NCBI GenBank assembly: GCA_964612125.1 | Contig: CAZTBS010000001.1 | Span: forward strand, 10,900-74,899 | DNA length: 64,000 nucleotides | From: an uncultured Leucobacter sp. | GTDB taxonomy: Bacteria; Actinomycetota; Actinomycetes; Actinomycetales; Microbacteriaceae | Direction: 5' to 3' | Program-made: the position numbers and the translations under genes | Notes under the pieces: model-generated | Told to the model about the DNA's origin: nothing | What the model saw: the letters and a program-made list of their open reading frames with translations, nothing else | Databases searched by the model: none | Shown: positions 19,523 to 31,380 of the stretch, one piece after another | Layout of the letters: each line of letters starts with the position of its first letter | Numbering within the stretch: position 1 is the stretch's first letter

Positions 19523-21649
19523 GCTGGAAGTCTGCACAGTTGCGGACAAAATATTGACGTGATGCTCAGACAACACCCGAGTGACATCGGAAAGCAACCC
19601 TGAACGGTCAAGCGCCTCGACCTGAATGTGCACCAAGAACACACTCTTCGACGTCGGCGCCCACTCCACATCGATCAGGCGGTCACCCTGCCGCTCCAAC
19701 GCCACGAAGTTGCGGCAGTCGGTGCGATGCACCGAGACGCCCTGTCCCTTGGTGATGAAGCCGCGAATTTCATCTCCGGGAACCGGTGTGCAGCACTTCG
19801 CAAGCTTCACGAGTACGTCAGAGGCACCCTTGACCGCCACACCGGAATGAGACACCGCGCGACCGGCCCGCGCCGGTGCCGAAGTCGGGAGCGCTGCGAG
19901 ATGCGGTTCAGTGGACGCTGCGTCGCGATCCACGAGGGCAGTCACCTTTTCAATGACCGACTGCGCCGACACATGCCCCTCGCCAACCCCGGCGAAGAGC
20001 CCGGTGACGTCGACGTACCGCAGCTGCAGAGCAACCTGCTGCAATGCCTCAGAGTTCATGACCTGGTGCAGCGGCATGTTGTGCTTGCGCAGAGCCTTCA
20101 TGAGCTCGTTCTTGCCCAGCTCAACCGCTTCTTCGCGACGTTCTTTCGTGAACCACTGGCGGATCTTGTTCTGCGCGCGCTTGCTCTTGACGAAACTCAG
20201 CCAGTCTTTGTTCGGGCCAGCGTGCGGATCCTTGGAGGTGAACACCTCCACGACATCGCCGTTTTGCAGCTCGGTCTCGAGTGGCACCAGCCTCCCGTTG
20301 ACGCGGGCGCCCATGGTGCGGTGACCCACTTCAGTGTGCACGGCATAAGCGAAATCAACTGTGGTGCCACCAGCAGGCAAGCCGATAACCCTGCCCTTGG
20401 GAGTGAAGACGTAGACTTCCTTGGCGCCGATCTCGAAGCGCAACGCATCAAGAAATTCGCTCGGATCTTCGGTCTCGGCTTGCCAGTCAGAAATGTGCGC
20501 CAGCCATGCCATATCGTTCGATCCGGGAGCGGCACCACTCTGCCCCTGCTTGTACTTCCAGTGGGCAGCGACACCGTACTCTGCGCGCTGGTGCATTTCG
20601 AAGGTGCGGATCTGTATCTCCACAGCCCGCCCGTCCGGGCCGATCACTGTGGTGTGCAGTGACTGATACAGATTGAACTTTGGGGTCGCGATGTAGTCCT
20701 TGAACCTCCCGGGGATGGGGGTCCAGCGTGCGTGCACCGCACCCAGCACTCCGTAGCAGTCACGAATCGAATGCACCAGCACCCGAATGCCAACCAGGTC
20801 GTAGATGTCATCGAAGTCACGGCCGCGCACGATCATCTTTTGATAGATCGAGTACAGCTCCTTCGGCCGCCCATTCACCTCACCGCGGATCTTCGCGTCG
20901 CGCAGATCCTGTTCAATGGACTGAATCACCACCCCGACAAGCTCTTCCCGCTTCGGGTTGCGTTGCGTGACGAGATTGTCAATTTCGGCGTACAGCTTTG
21001 GCTTCAATACGGCAAACGAGAGATCTTCCAGCTCAGTTTTCATTGACTGGATTCCGAGTCGATGCGCCAGCGGAGCGTAGATCTCGAGTGTCTCCTGAGC
21101 TTTTCGCTTTGCAGAATCACCCGTCACGAATCCCCAAGTGCGAGCGTTATGCAAGCGGTCTGCCAGCTTGATCACGAGCACGCGAATGTCTTTCGACATC
21201 GCCACCACCATCTTGCGGACCGTCTCCGCCTGTGCGGAGTCACCGTACTTAACCTTGTCGAGTTTGGTGACGCCGTCGACCAGCATGGCGATCTCTTCGC
21301 CAAACTCCGTGGTGAGCTGATCGAGCGAGTAGTCAGTGTCTTCGACGGTGTCATGCAGCAGCGCCGCGGCAATCACGACCGGAGCGACACCGAGATCTGC
21401 AAGGATCTGCGCCACCGCGATGGGATGCGTAATGTAGGGTTCGCCACTCCGACGCTTCTGTCCCCGGTGTGCGCGCTCGGCCACCACATACGCACGTTCG
21501 ATGACGGAGAGATCCGCTTTGGGCCAGTTTCCACGCACCGTGCGCACCAGCTGCTCCACCGCACCCGGCGCACTGGCTCGACTGAAGATCCGCGGCACAA
21601 GCCGTTTGATCGGTGAGGCACCCGAAGGCGTGAGTTCACTGGTCGACAT
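19400..21649 (-). CDS. relA: Bifunctional (p)ppGpp synthetase/hydrolase
   Basis: 749 aa. HD hydrolase domain (HRGQKRRSGEPYITHP, HDTVEDT), synthetase domain (RFKDYIATPKFNLYQSLHTTV), then TGS and ACT regions. Strong SD GGAGGTGAGG before the ATG. Confidence 0.97.
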   Translation of the reverse strand: MSTSELTPSGASPIKRLVPRIFSRASAPGAVEQLVRTVRGNWPKADLSVIERAYVVAERAHRGQKRRSGEPYITHPIAVAQILADLGVAPVVIAAALLHDTVEDTDYSLDQLTTEFGEEIAMLVDGVTKLDKVKYGDSAQAETVRKMVVAMSKDIRVLVIKLADRLHNARTWGFVTGDSAKRKAQETLEIYAPLAHRLGIQSMKTELEDLSFAVLKPKLYAEIDNLVTQRNPKREELVGVVIQSIEQDLRDAKIRGEVNGRPKELYSIYQKMIVRGRDFDDIYDLVGIRVLVHSIRDCYGVLGAVHARWTPIPGRFKDYIATPKFNLYQSLHTTVIGPDGRAVEIQIRTFEMHQRAEYGVAAHWKYKQGQSGAAPGSNDMAWLAHISDWQAETEDPSEFLDALRFEIGAKEVYVFTPKGRVIGLPAGGTTVDFAYAVHTEVGHRTMGARVNGRLVPLETELQNGDVVEVFTSKDPHAGPNKDWLSFVKSKRAQNKIRQWFTKERREEAVELGKNELMKALRKHNMPLHQVMNSEALQQVALQLRYVDVTGLFAGVGEGHVSAQSVIEKVTALVDRDAASTEPHLAALPTSAPARAGRAVSHSGVAVKGASDVLVKLAKCCTPVPGDEIRGFITKGQGVSVHRTDCRNFVALERQGDRLIDVEWAPTSKSVFLVHIQVEALDRSGLLSDVTRVLSEHHVNILSATVQTSSSRLAISRFIFEMGNTMHLEHVLNAVRRIDGVYDAYRMNAG

Positions 21650-21721
21650 GCCTCACCTCCAGATTCGTGGATGATTGAACGCTACACCAGCGACCGTCCG
21701 AACCACGAACCGAGCACAGCA

Positions 21722-22771
21722 TCAGCTCTGTGCGGTCTCCGCCTCAACTGCCCCGGCCGCGGTGCCCTTTGCCCCTGAGCTTTTCATCCCCCGCAACTTC
21801 AGCACCCGAGCGTCGTGCTTCTGGAACGCTGGCTCGTGCTGCCGCAGCTGCACGTATGTGGGGGCTGCAATGAAAATCGTCGAGTAGGCGCCCACCAGAA
21901 TCCCGATAAACAGCGCGAGTGAGATGTCACGCAAAGTTCCCGCGCCGAGCACGAACGCACCGATGAACAGAATCGCAGCCACCGGCAGCAGCGCTACCAC
22001 CGAGGTATTAATCGAGCGAACAAGGGTCTGGTTTACGGCAAGGTTCACCGTCTCTGCAAATGTGCGACGCTCGGTGAATTCGCCCGGAGCCGTGTTTTCA
22101 CGGATCTTATCGAAGACCACCACCGTGTCATAGAGCGAGTAGCCAAGAATCGTCAAGAAACCAATCACCGCCGCCGGCGTGATCTCAAAGCCCGAAAGGC
22201 CATAGATGCCAGCGGTGATGATGAGATCGTGGAACAGCGCGACCAACGCCGCGAGTGACATCTTCCAAGTGCGGAAGTAGAGCGCCATCACCACGGTCGC
22301 AAACAGCAAGAACACAACCAGCGCGATCAGGGCCTGCCGGGTGATGTCTTGGCCCCACAAAGCCCCGATATAGGACGACGTTACCTCGGATTCGTCGACG
22401 TCGTACGCCGCAGCGAGCGCTGAGCGCAATTCCCGCGATTCTGCTTCATCCAGCTGTTCAGTCTGCACCCGCACATCGGTCTGTCCCACCAACGAGATAC
22501 GCGGTGCTGAACCAGGAAGCACCTCGTCGACGGCAGCCGCTGCCCGTTGCTGATCGCGAGCTTCGCCGCCCTCAGTATGGATCTGGAACTGGCTGCCACC
22601 GGTGAACTCGATGCCGAACACAAACCCGCCACGCAGGAAAGGACCCACAATCGCAATCACGATCATCACGGCGGCGATGATGTACCAAAGCTTCCGTCGA
22701 CCGACGAAGTCAATGGATTTTTCGCCGGTGTAGAGCGCGTTGCCAAACTCGGCAAATGAGCGACGAGCCAT
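21722..22771 (-). CDS. secF: Protein translocase subunit SecF
   Basis: The ORF track extends to 23017 and overlaps secD. The ATG at 22771 (MARRSFAEFGNALYTGEKSIDFVG...) lies 1 nt after the secD stop (TAG 22775-22773). Confidence 0.94.
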   Translation of the reverse strand: MARRSFAEFGNALYTGEKSIDFVGRRKLWYIIAAVMIVIAIVGPFLRGGFVFGIEFTGGSQFQIHTEGGEARDQQRAAAAVDEVLPGSAPRISLVGQTDVRVQTEQLDEAESRELRSALAAAYDVDESEVTSSYIGALWGQDITRQALIALVVFLLFATVVMALYFRTWKMSLAALVALFHDLIITAGIYGLSGFEITPAAVIGFLTILGYSLYDTVVVFDKIRENTAPGEFTERRTFAETVNLAVNQTLVRSINTSVVALLPVAAILFIGAFVLGAGTLRDISLALFIGILVGAYSTIFIAAPTYVQLRQHEPAFQKHDARVLKLRGMKSSGAKGTAAGAVEAETAQS

Positions 22772-22772
22772 G

Positions 22773-24557
22773 CTAGCTGTCCTTTCCAGTCGAGCCGTCT
22801 GCAGCCGGCGGCAAGACTCCTGCCTCGGCGGCTTTTCGCTCAGCGATGGTCTGGCGTCGCTGCGCTTCCTTTGCGCTTGCCTGATTCTTCTTCTTTGTGG
22901 CGTTTGACGCCACAACAGGAGCGCGGAACTGCGCACGACCGCGATACACCGCACCCAGTTGCTGCGGATCCAGGCCAGAGAAGCGGTGTCCGTTCTTGTA
23001 GAAGCGAGTCCTCGCAAGCAGCGTCATCATTGGGTGGGTGAAGAGTGCAACCACGATGATGTCAACGATAGTAATCAGACCGAGCGTGAATGCGAAGCCG
23101 CGCACACTGCCAACCGCGAGGATGAACAGAATGGCTGCTGCCAGGAAGTTAATGCCGTCGGACGCGAGGATCGTCCGGAAGGCATGCTTCCAACCGTTCT
23201 CGACCGCCTTATCCAGGCTGAAACCGTCACGCAGCGCGTCGCGAATGCGTTCGAAGTAGACGATGAAGGAGTCGGCGGTGATACCCACGGAAACGATAAT
23301 TCCGGCGACGCCCGCGAGGGAGAGGCGGTACCCCTGTCGCCATGACAACAGTGCGAGGAGCAGGTAGGTGAGCACACCTGCCACGATCAGCGACGCAACT
23401 GTCAGCGAACCCAACACGCGATATTGGACGAGGGAGTAGATCACCACCAGGATCAAACCGATCAGGCCTGCGAGCAGGCCCGCCTGCAATTGGTTTGAAC
23501 CAAGAGTCGCGGAAATATCTTCCTGGCTTTGCACCGTGAACCCAATGGGAAGCGCCCCAAACTTCAGCTGGTCTGCGAGGGCCTGTGCGCTCTCCTGTGT
23601 GAAGGAACCACTGATTGACGGGCGTCCATCGAGGATCTGGCCGTTCATTTCGGGCGCCGAGACCACGAGGCCATCGAGCACGAACGCAAACTGATTCAAC
23701 GGCGGCGTTGCACCGTACATACGAGTGCTGATGTCGCCAAAGGTCTTGGTGCCAGCATCGTTTAGGGTCATCTGCACCACCCATTGACCCGTGGTGGCAC
23801 CCGTCGAGGTTGTGCCGATCATTGCCTGGGCGTCGCTGATGGTTTCGCCACCCATCTCTACCGGGCCAAGGATGTACTTCGTGATGCCGTACTGGTCGCA
23901 GGTAATGAGGGGCCGGTCAGCCGGGGCTTCGCTGAGACCCAGCGCAGCATCCGAGGTGCACGAGAACTGTTCGAATTCCGCGAGCAGCCCTTCGGTGAGC
24001 CACGCCATGTCATAGGCAGTATCCGGCAGTGGATCAGGATCGACTGCGCTTGCATCTACTTGTGCAGACTCTGCGGCGGCAGGGTCCGCGCCCTCGACCG
24101 CAGTTGTTTCAGCACCCTCGGTTGGCGCTGCGGCCTCACCTTCAGGCGTGGCAGAAGCGGTCGACTGGGCAGCCGCAAGCACCGGTCGGAAGTCAAGTTT
24201 TGCTGAAGCCTCGATGCGCTGCAGCGTTGCCTCGTCTGCCTTCCCAGGGATCGAGACGGAGATGTTCTGGCTACCCTGCGTGGTGATTTCCGCTTCGGCC
24301 ACGCCGGATGCGTCAACACGCTGACGAATAATCGCCACTGCCTGTTCGAGCTGCTCGGCGGAGACAGACTGCCCATCGGTCAGCGTGGGAGCCAGCAGAA
24401 TCTGTGTACCGCCCTGCAGGTCGAGCGCGAGTTTGGGTGTCCAACTCGCCTCGCCACGCCACACACCAAACGCAATCACGCCTACGAGTGCAACAACAAT
24501 TACGAGCAGGGCCGTGAGGGAGCGCCGGGCTCGCCTCACTGCGGGTGACTGCGCCAC
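22773..24557 (-). CDS. secD: Protein translocase subunit SecD
   Basis: 594 aa with an N-terminal TM helix, a large periplasmic-type domain, and a C-terminal 5-TM SecD/F domain. Confidence 0.95.
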   Translation of the reverse strand: MAQSPAVRRARRSLTALLVIVVALVGVIAFGVWRGEASWTPKLALDLQGGTQILLAPTLTDGQSVSAEQLEQAVAIIRQRVDASGVAEAEITTQGSQNISVSIPGKADEATLQRIEASAKLDFRPVLAAAQSTASATPEGEAAAPTEGAETTAVEGADPAAAESAQVDASAVDPDPLPDTAYDMAWLTEGLLAEFEQFSCTSDAALGLSEAPADRPLITCDQYGITKYILGPVEMGGETISDAQAMIGTTSTGATTGQWVVQMTLNDAGTKTFGDISTRMYGATPPLNQFAFVLDGLVVSAPEMNGQILDGRPSISGSFTQESAQALADQLKFGALPIGFTVQSQEDISATLGSNQLQAGLLAGLIGLILVVIYSLVQYRVLGSLTVASLIVAGVLTYLLLALLSWRQGYRLSLAGVAGIIVSVGITADSFIVYFERIRDALRDGFSLDKAVENGWKHAFRTILASDGINFLAAAILFILAVGSVRGFAFTLGLITIVDIIVVALFTHPMMTLLARTRFYKNGHRFSGLDPQQLGAVYRGRAQFRAPVVASNATKKKNQASAKEAQRRQTIAERKAAEAGVLPPAADGSTGKDS

Positions 24558-24623
24558 GAATCGTCTACTTTCTCTGATCTCGAGATGGGTGCGGAAGCAA
24601 CAGACGCTAGCACACCCAAGTAA

Positions 24624-25034
24624 CTACTCGGATTTCGGCTTGTCGCCGTTTCCTTCGGGCGCTGCGTCACGATCTGCCGATCCATCCGATTGCGCATCAG
24701 CGATCCGCTCACCGAAGGCAGGGTCGTCGTCGGGAGCAATCGCGCTGTCGGCTTCGTCCTCAACAACGTCAACCGGGGTGACAATCTGACCAATCGCGTT
24801 TCGGTGCACCACAAGTGTGGAAGTGCCGCTGCGCACGGTGACTCGGTTTTCCTCGTCGTCGACGTCTTCCACAGTCGCGAAAATGCCGGACTGGAGCATC
24901 ACCTCAGCCCCGGGCCGGAGATTGTTCTGCAACTCCTGCATCGCCTGTTGACGCTTCTTGCCGTTTCGGAACATGAAGAAAATGAGCACGGCAATGAGCC
25001 CAAACATAATGAGCGACATCGGGTCGAGAACCAC
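24624..25034 (-). CDS. yajC: Preprotein translocase subunit YajC with acidic C-terminal tail
   Basis: TM helix SLIMFGLIAVLIFFMF, then RNGKKRQQAMQELQNNLRPGAEVMLQSGIFATVEDV. I prefer the GTG at 25034 (AAGGA 5 nt upstream). The ATG at 25019 is an alternative. Confidence 0.88.
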   Translation of the reverse strand: MVLDPMSLIMFGLIAVLIFFMFRNGKKRQQAMQELQNNLRPGAEVMLQSGIFATVEDVDDEENRVTVRSGTSTLVVHRNAIGQIVTPVDVVEDEADSAIAPDDDPAFGERIADAQSDGSADRDAAPEGNGDKPKSE

Positions 25035-25097
25035 GGCGATCCTTTCGTGGGGAGATCTGAGCGAGCGCGACCGTTCTCGGACACGCAACCCTACCGA

Positions 25098-26096
25098 CTA
25101 TAGGGCATCGGGCAGGGGAACTCCCGTGTGCTCCCAGCCGCGCCGTGTGGCCATTCTGCCTCGCGGAGTGCGTGTCAGGAGCCCAGCACGAACTAAGAAT
25201 GGTTCAACCACCGCTTCGATAGTCTCGGCTTCTTCGCCGACGGATACCGCGAGCGTCGAAAGCCCAACCGGGCCACCCCCAAAGCGTTCCACCACTGCGC
25301 GGAGCACCTCGCGGTCGAGCCGGTCAAGACCGAACTGATCCACGTCGTACAACGTGAGTGCCGCATGTACCGTTTCCGGGTTGCCCGGTACGTCGTGCAC
25401 CAAACTGTAATCTCGCACACGACGCAGCAGCCGGTTTGCGATGCGTGGTGTGCCGCGGGATCTGCTGGCGATCTCCGCAACCCCCGCAGGCGCAATATCA
25501 AAACTCAGCAGCGCAGCGGCGCGACGCACCACCGCTGCAAGCTCTTCTTCAGCATAGAACTCGAGGTGTGCGGTGAAGCCGAAACGATCGCGCAAGGGAT
25601 TCGGCAACAGCCCCGAACGCGTCGTCGCACCGACCAAGGTGAATGGTGCAAGCTCGAGTGGAATCGACGTCGCTCCCGCACCCTTACCCACCATGATGTC
25701 GATCTTGAAATCTTCCATCGCGAGATACAGCATCTCCTCGGCACTGCGGGCCATCCGATGGATCTCGTCAATGAACAGCACCTCGCCAGGTGTCAACGCT
25801 GAAAGCACTGCGGCAAGATCGCCGGCGTGTTGAATCGCGGGGCCTGAGGTTTGGTGCAACGGCTTCTCAAGCTCAGCCGCAACGATCATCGAGAGTGTGG
25901 TCTTGCCGAGCCCAGGAGGGCCAGCAAGCAAGATGTGATCGGGAGTACGCTGTTGCATCTGTGCCGCATCGAGCAGCAGGCGCAATTGCCTGCGCACTTT
26001 CGCCTGGCCAACAAACTCATCAAGTGATCCCGGGCGAAGTGCACCTTCGTAACCGAGTTCACTGCGATCGGCCTGTGGCGACAGTTCTCCCGTCAT
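25098..26096 (-). CDS. ruvB: Holliday junction branch migration ATPase RuvB
   Basis: 332 aa with [13 protein letters not shown] and LFIDEIHR. The start overlaps the ruvA stop by 4 nt. Confidence 0.97.
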   Translation of the reverse strand: MTGELSPQADRSELGYEGALRPGSLDEFVGQAKVRRQLRLLLDAAQMQQRTPDHILLAGPPGLGKTTLSMIVAAELEKPLHQTSGPAIQHAGDLAAVLSALTPGEVLFIDEIHRMARSAEEMLYLAMEDFKIDIMVGKGAGATSIPLELAPFTLVGATTRSGLLPNPLRDRFGFTAHLEFYAEEELAAVVRRAAALLSFDIAPAGVAEIASRSRGTPRIANRLLRRVRDYSLVHDVPGNPETVHAALTLYDVDQFGLDRLDREVLRAVVERFGGGPVGLSTLAVSVGEEAETIEAVVEPFLVRAGLLTRTPRGRMATRRGWEHTGVPLPDAL

Positions 26097-26731
26097 GACG
26101 AATCACGTCCCACCCGGCGAGGTGCCTGCAGCAGCGCAAGCGCTGCCCGCAGCAACGCCGAGGAATCCGAGGGGGCGCCCGCGTCAAGTGCATCGCTCAC
26201 CGCGCGCTCCGCCTGCGCAGCCGAGTAGCCGAGCCCAATCAACCCCTGCTCAACATCGGTAACTGCTGTGGAACGTGCTGGCGCGGCGACCGCAGCGGCA
26301 CTCTCGGGATCTTCGCCGGAACTTCCGAAGCGTTCGGGAGTGACCTTCCCAGCCAACTGCACGGCGATAAGCTTCGCAGTTTTCGGCCCAATGCCGGATA
26401 CCTTGCGGAACGGCCGCTCGTCTTCGCTCTGCACCGCGTGAGCGATCTCTGCTGGCCCCATGTGACCGAGGACGCCGAGCGCGCTGCGCGGCCCGACGCC
26501 TGAAACGGCCAGCAAATGACCAAACACTTCGAGCTCGTCTGGTGTGCGAAAACCGAACAGGGTGAGCGAGTCTTCGCGCACAATCAGCGAGGTGTGTAGC
26601 GTGCATTCTGCACCGTTCTGCGGCACAGAGAGACTGCTGGGCACCTCCACACGGAAGCCCACACCGCTGACATCGAGCACGACCCACCCGATGCCAGCGG
26701 CGAGAACCTCACCGCGAATCGATGCGATCAC
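26093..26731 (-). CDS. ruvA: Holliday junction DNA-binding protein RuvA
   Basis: The ORF track extends to 26785 into leuA. The GTG at 26731 gives [13 protein letters not shown]..., the canonical RuvA N-terminus. It has HhH motifs ([11 protein letters not shown], ..[12 protein letters not shown]). The start is 4 nt after the leuA stop. Confidence 0.92.
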   Translation of the reverse strand: MIASIRGEVLAAGIGWVVLDVSGVGFRVEVPSSLSVPQNGAECTLHTSLIVREDSLTLFGFRTPDELEVFGHLLAVSGVGPRSALGVLGHMGPAEIAHAVQSEDERPFRKVSGIGPKTAKLIAVQLAGKVTPERFGSSGEDPESAAAVAAPARSTAVTDVEQGLIGLGYSAAQAERAVSDALDAGAPSDSSALLRAALALLQAPRRVGRDSS

Positions 26732-26735
26732 GCGG

Positions 26736-28535
<1,800 letters not shown>

Positions 28536-28540
28536 TCAGC

Positions 28541-28590
28541 CAACGCAAACACCGCGACGAGGGAGGCCTGAAAACTAGGACTCGTCGCGG
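28541..28590 (-). promoter_or_regulatory. Terminator-like hairpin in the leuA 5' leader (candidate attenuator)
   Basis: On the minus strand, CCGCGACGAG (28590-28581) pairs perfectly with CTCGTCGCGG (28561-28552) across a 19-nt loop. The stem is followed immediately by TGTTTGCGTTGG (28551-28540) and ends about 47 nt upstream of the leuA ATG (28505). Confidence 0.5.
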
Positions 28591-28658
28591 CGGCTAAGGA
28601 GAAGCGAACCGAACAGCACGTCACCAGCATATCACTCGGCGTCACCTACGCTGGAGAT

Positions 28659-30458
28659 ATGGCTCGACTTTGGACCTCGCTCACCGTGCTGCTCCTAGCG
28701 GCCACCGCATTGCTCATCGCACCCAGCGCGGCGCACGCCGATGTGGACGACTTCGAGTACGCGGCATGGCAGGTGCACTACGAAGTGTCGGTTGATGACA
28801 CAGGACGAGCGGTTGCGCAGGTCACTGAGCAACTCGACGCAGTGTTCCCAGAGTTCGACCAGAACCGCGGCATCGTGCGCGCGCTCCCGCTGTCATACGA
28901 GAAGGCAGATGCTGCCCCGCAAGACATCACTGTCACTGACGGTAACGGTCAACCGGTCCCATTCAGTGTTGAAGACGATGACAGCTTTCGCATCATTCTC
29001 GTCGGGGACGACCAATTCGTGCGTGGACCGCAGCGGTATGTCATCAGTTACACCCTGCACGACGTGATTCTGGCAACCGATGACCGTGACGAGTTCTACT
29101 GGGACATCGTGCCCATCGAACGCGCTCAGCCCATTGCGGCTTTCTCTGCGCGAGTGGATCTTTCTCCGGAGCTAGCCCAGCAGTTCACTGGCGCAACCGT
29201 GTGTTTCACCGGTGATGCCTACGCCACAGATCGCTGCGAGATTACCGAAGTCTCGCAGGCGACGGTAGGACGCAGCTTTGAGGTTTCCCCCTTTACGCTC
29301 GCTCCGGGTGCTGGTGTGACGATTGGCATTGCGCTCGAATCGGGGAGCGTCGTGCAGCCACCAGTGCGCCTTCCCAACACCCTGCTCGATATCGGTCCGA
29401 TGATCGCGGCAGGGCTTGGCTTAGTATCCGCAATCATCGGCGGTGTGCTGCTCGGAAGGGAACGCAGCAGGCGCAAGCAGCACCGCGGCGTGATCGTGGC
29501 GCAGTACGAGGTGCCTGCGGAAGTGCCGCCGTTGCTCGCTGCTCCCTTGATTGGCGTGAAGAAGCAAACCGCAGCTGCCCAGATCGTTCACCTCGCGGTG
29601 CAGGGTGCGATCCGCATCGAAGACGGCCAGGAAGCTACCGGTCTGTTCGGTACCGGCTCACCGCAACCCGTGCTTCGCCTCCTCGACGCATCGCTTGCAG
29701 GCCCTGTGCTTGGACGCCGCACACTCACTGCGCTCGGCCTCACTGGGGAAGCTGGCTCTGCGGTCACCATTCCCAAAAAAGACGCCACGTTCGGGAAACG
29801 TGTACAGGACCTGGTGGCCGCCGGCACCGCGGAAGCGGTCACTCTCGGTTACCTCAGCCATGAGCGATCCCGGGCCAGCGTGATTGCCGGCGCAGTCGCT
29901 ATCGCACTCGGAGTGATTGGGGTGGCACTCACCTTCGCGGGTCTGGCTCGTGAGAATGCGCTGACCTTCCTCATTAGCGTGCCACTCGGCATTACCGCAG
30001 TGGTGTTTGGCGCCAGGTCAACCCTGAAACATCACCTGCACACGCCTCGCGGCGCCGAAGCGCGCGAGCATCTCGAGGGAGTGCGAGAATTCATCCGGGT
30101 TGCCGAAGCGGATCGCTTACGTCTCTTACAGGGAGCGACCACGGCCGAACGGCAGTCTGACGGATCAGTCGACACGGTGGTGCTGTACGAGAAGCTGCTG
30201 CCCTACGCGATCTTGTTCGGGCTTGAGAAAGAATGGGCGCGCACACTCGAGACTGTGTACCATCAACGCGGCGTGAGTAATCCGCTGTGGTACCCCGCGC
30301 TCGGAATCACGGGCCTCTCACATCTGGATCGTTCAATCTCAAGCATCAGCCAGTCGTTCACCACTTCAGTGAGCTACACCTCGAGCAGTTCCGGTGGCAC
30401 CGGAGGTGGCGGATTCTCAGGCGGCGGGGGCGGCGGGGGCTTCAGCGGCGGACGCTAA
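28659..30458 (+). CDS. DUF2207 domain-containing membrane protein
   Basis: 599 aa. It has a signal peptide (MARLWTSLTVLLLAATALLIAPSAAHA), an extracytoplasmic domain, TM helices in the middle, and a Gly-rich tail (SSSSGGTGGGGFSGGGGGGGFSGGR) characteristic of DUF2207. Confidence 0.85.
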   Translation: MARLWTSLTVLLLAATALLIAPSAAHADVDDFEYAAWQVHYEVSVDDTGRAVAQVTEQLDAVFPEFDQNRGIVRALPLSYEKADAAPQDITVTDGNGQPVPFSVEDDDSFRIILVGDDQFVRGPQRYVISYTLHDVILATDDRDEFYWDIVPIERAQPIAAFSARVDLSPELAQQFTGATVCFTGDAYATDRCEITEVSQATVGRSFEVSPFTLAPGAGVTIGIALESGSVVQPPVRLPNTLLDIGPMIAAGLGLVSAIIGGVLLGRERSRRKQHRGVIVAQYEVPAEVPPLLAAPLIGVKKQTAAAQIVHLAVQGAIRIEDGQEATGLFGTGSPQPVLRLLDASLAGPVLGRRTLTALGLTGEAGSAVTIPKKDATFGKRVQDLVAAGTAEAVTLGYLSHERSRASVIAGAVAIALGVIGVALTFAGLARENALTFLISVPLGITAVVFGARSTLKHHLHTPRGAEAREHLEGVREFIRVAEADRLRLLQGATTAERQSDGSVDTVVLYEKLLPYAILFGLEKEWARTLETVYHQRGVSNPLWYPALGITGLSHLDRSISSISQSFTTSVSYTSSSSGGTGGGGFSGGGGGGGFSGGR

Positions 30459-30482
30459 AGCTACGCGGGCGCACAGCTCCCG

Positions 30483-31373
30483 CTAGAAACCCAATCTGCC
30501 TAGTGCCTTCGGGTCACGCTGCCACTCTTTCGCAACCTTGACCCGCAACGACAGGTAGACTCTGCGGCCCAACAAGGCTTCAATTTCGCGACGAGCGCGT
30601 TCACCCACGTCGCGCAGGCGCGATCCGCCTTTGCCGATCACAATGCCCTTCTGACTGTCTCGCTCAACATACAAGCTGGCGTAGAGCTCCAGCAAACCGT
30701 CTTCGCGTTCCTCGCGGTCATCCACGGTGGCAGCGAGCGAGTGCGGCAACTCATCGCGAACGCCGTCAAGCGCAGCCTCACGAATGAGTTCCGCGATGCG
30801 ATCATCCTCATGCTCATCGGTGGTGGTGTCGGCCTCGTAGAGAGCTGGCGATTCGGGCATCAAACCCAGTAGCACCTCAGTGAGGACATCGAGTTGTTCA
30901 GCGGTGACCGCAGAAATGGGTACCACCGCGTCCCACTCACGCAGCTCCCCCAGTCGGGTGAGCTGGTCAATGATCTCGCTTTGGGAGGCACGATCAACCT
31001 TGGTCAGGATTGCCACCTTCTTAGCGCGCGGGAAATCATCGAGGCGTTCATTGATGAAGCGATCACCGGGCCCCAACTTCTCATTCGCTGGCACACACAA
31101 ACCGATCACATCTACGTCGCCGAGCGTCGCCTCGACCAGCGCATTGAGCCGCTCACCCAACAAAGTACGTGGGCGGTGAATGCCCGGTGTATCCACGATG
31201 ATGAGCTGCCCATCGGGGCGATGCACAATCCCGCGAATCGCCCGTCGCGTGGTCTGGGGCTTCGGACTCGTAATGGCGATCTTCTCACCGACGAGGGCGT
31301 TCGTCAGCGTCGACTTGCCAACATTCGGGCGGCCGACAAACGACACAAATCCGGCGCGGTGTGCAGCTTCCAT
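30483..31373 (-). CDS. era: GTPase Era
   Basis: 296 aa with G1 GRPNVGKSTLTNAL, G3 DTPG, G4 TKVD and a C-terminal KH domain. Confidence 0.96.
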   Translation of the reverse strand: MEAAHRAGFVSFVGRPNVGKSTLTNALVGEKIAITSPKPQTTRRAIRGIVHRPDGQLIIVDTPGIHRPRTLLGERLNALVEATLGDVDVIGLCVPANEKLGPGDRFINERLDDFPRAKKVAILTKVDRASQSEIIDQLTRLGELREWDAVVPISAVTAEQLDVLTEVLLGLMPESPALYEADTTTDEHEDDRIAELIREAALDGVRDELPHSLAATVDDREEREDGLLELYASLYVERDSQKGIVIGKGGSRLRDVGERARREIEALLGRRVYLSLRVKVAKEWQRDPKALGRLGF

Positions 31374-31380
31374 CGTTCAC

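Noticed and set aside
22772-23017. N-terminal extensions offered by the ORF track for secF. Analogous extensions are offered for murD (to 62153), ftsW (to 60583), murG (to 59195), aroB (to 7690), aroE (to 10537), rarA (to 17462), ruvA (to 26785), hisG (to 4022) and rpsD (to 15814).
   Set aside because: The extensions overlap the upstream gene or have implausible composition. Internal ATG/GTG codons with SD sequences, or ATGA/GTGA coupling, give canonical N-termini.
30400-30455. Repetitive GGC/GGG-rich DNA at the end of the DUF2207 gene.
   Set aside because: It encodes the Gly-rich tail typical of the family. It is low-complexity coding sequence, not a CRISPR or tandem-repeat locus.
30465-30483. 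A GCGGG...CCCGC hairpin between the convergent DUF2207 and era stops, considered as a bidirectional terminator.
   Set aside because: It has only 5 bp and no U tracts, and it overlaps the era stop codon. It is too weak to call.
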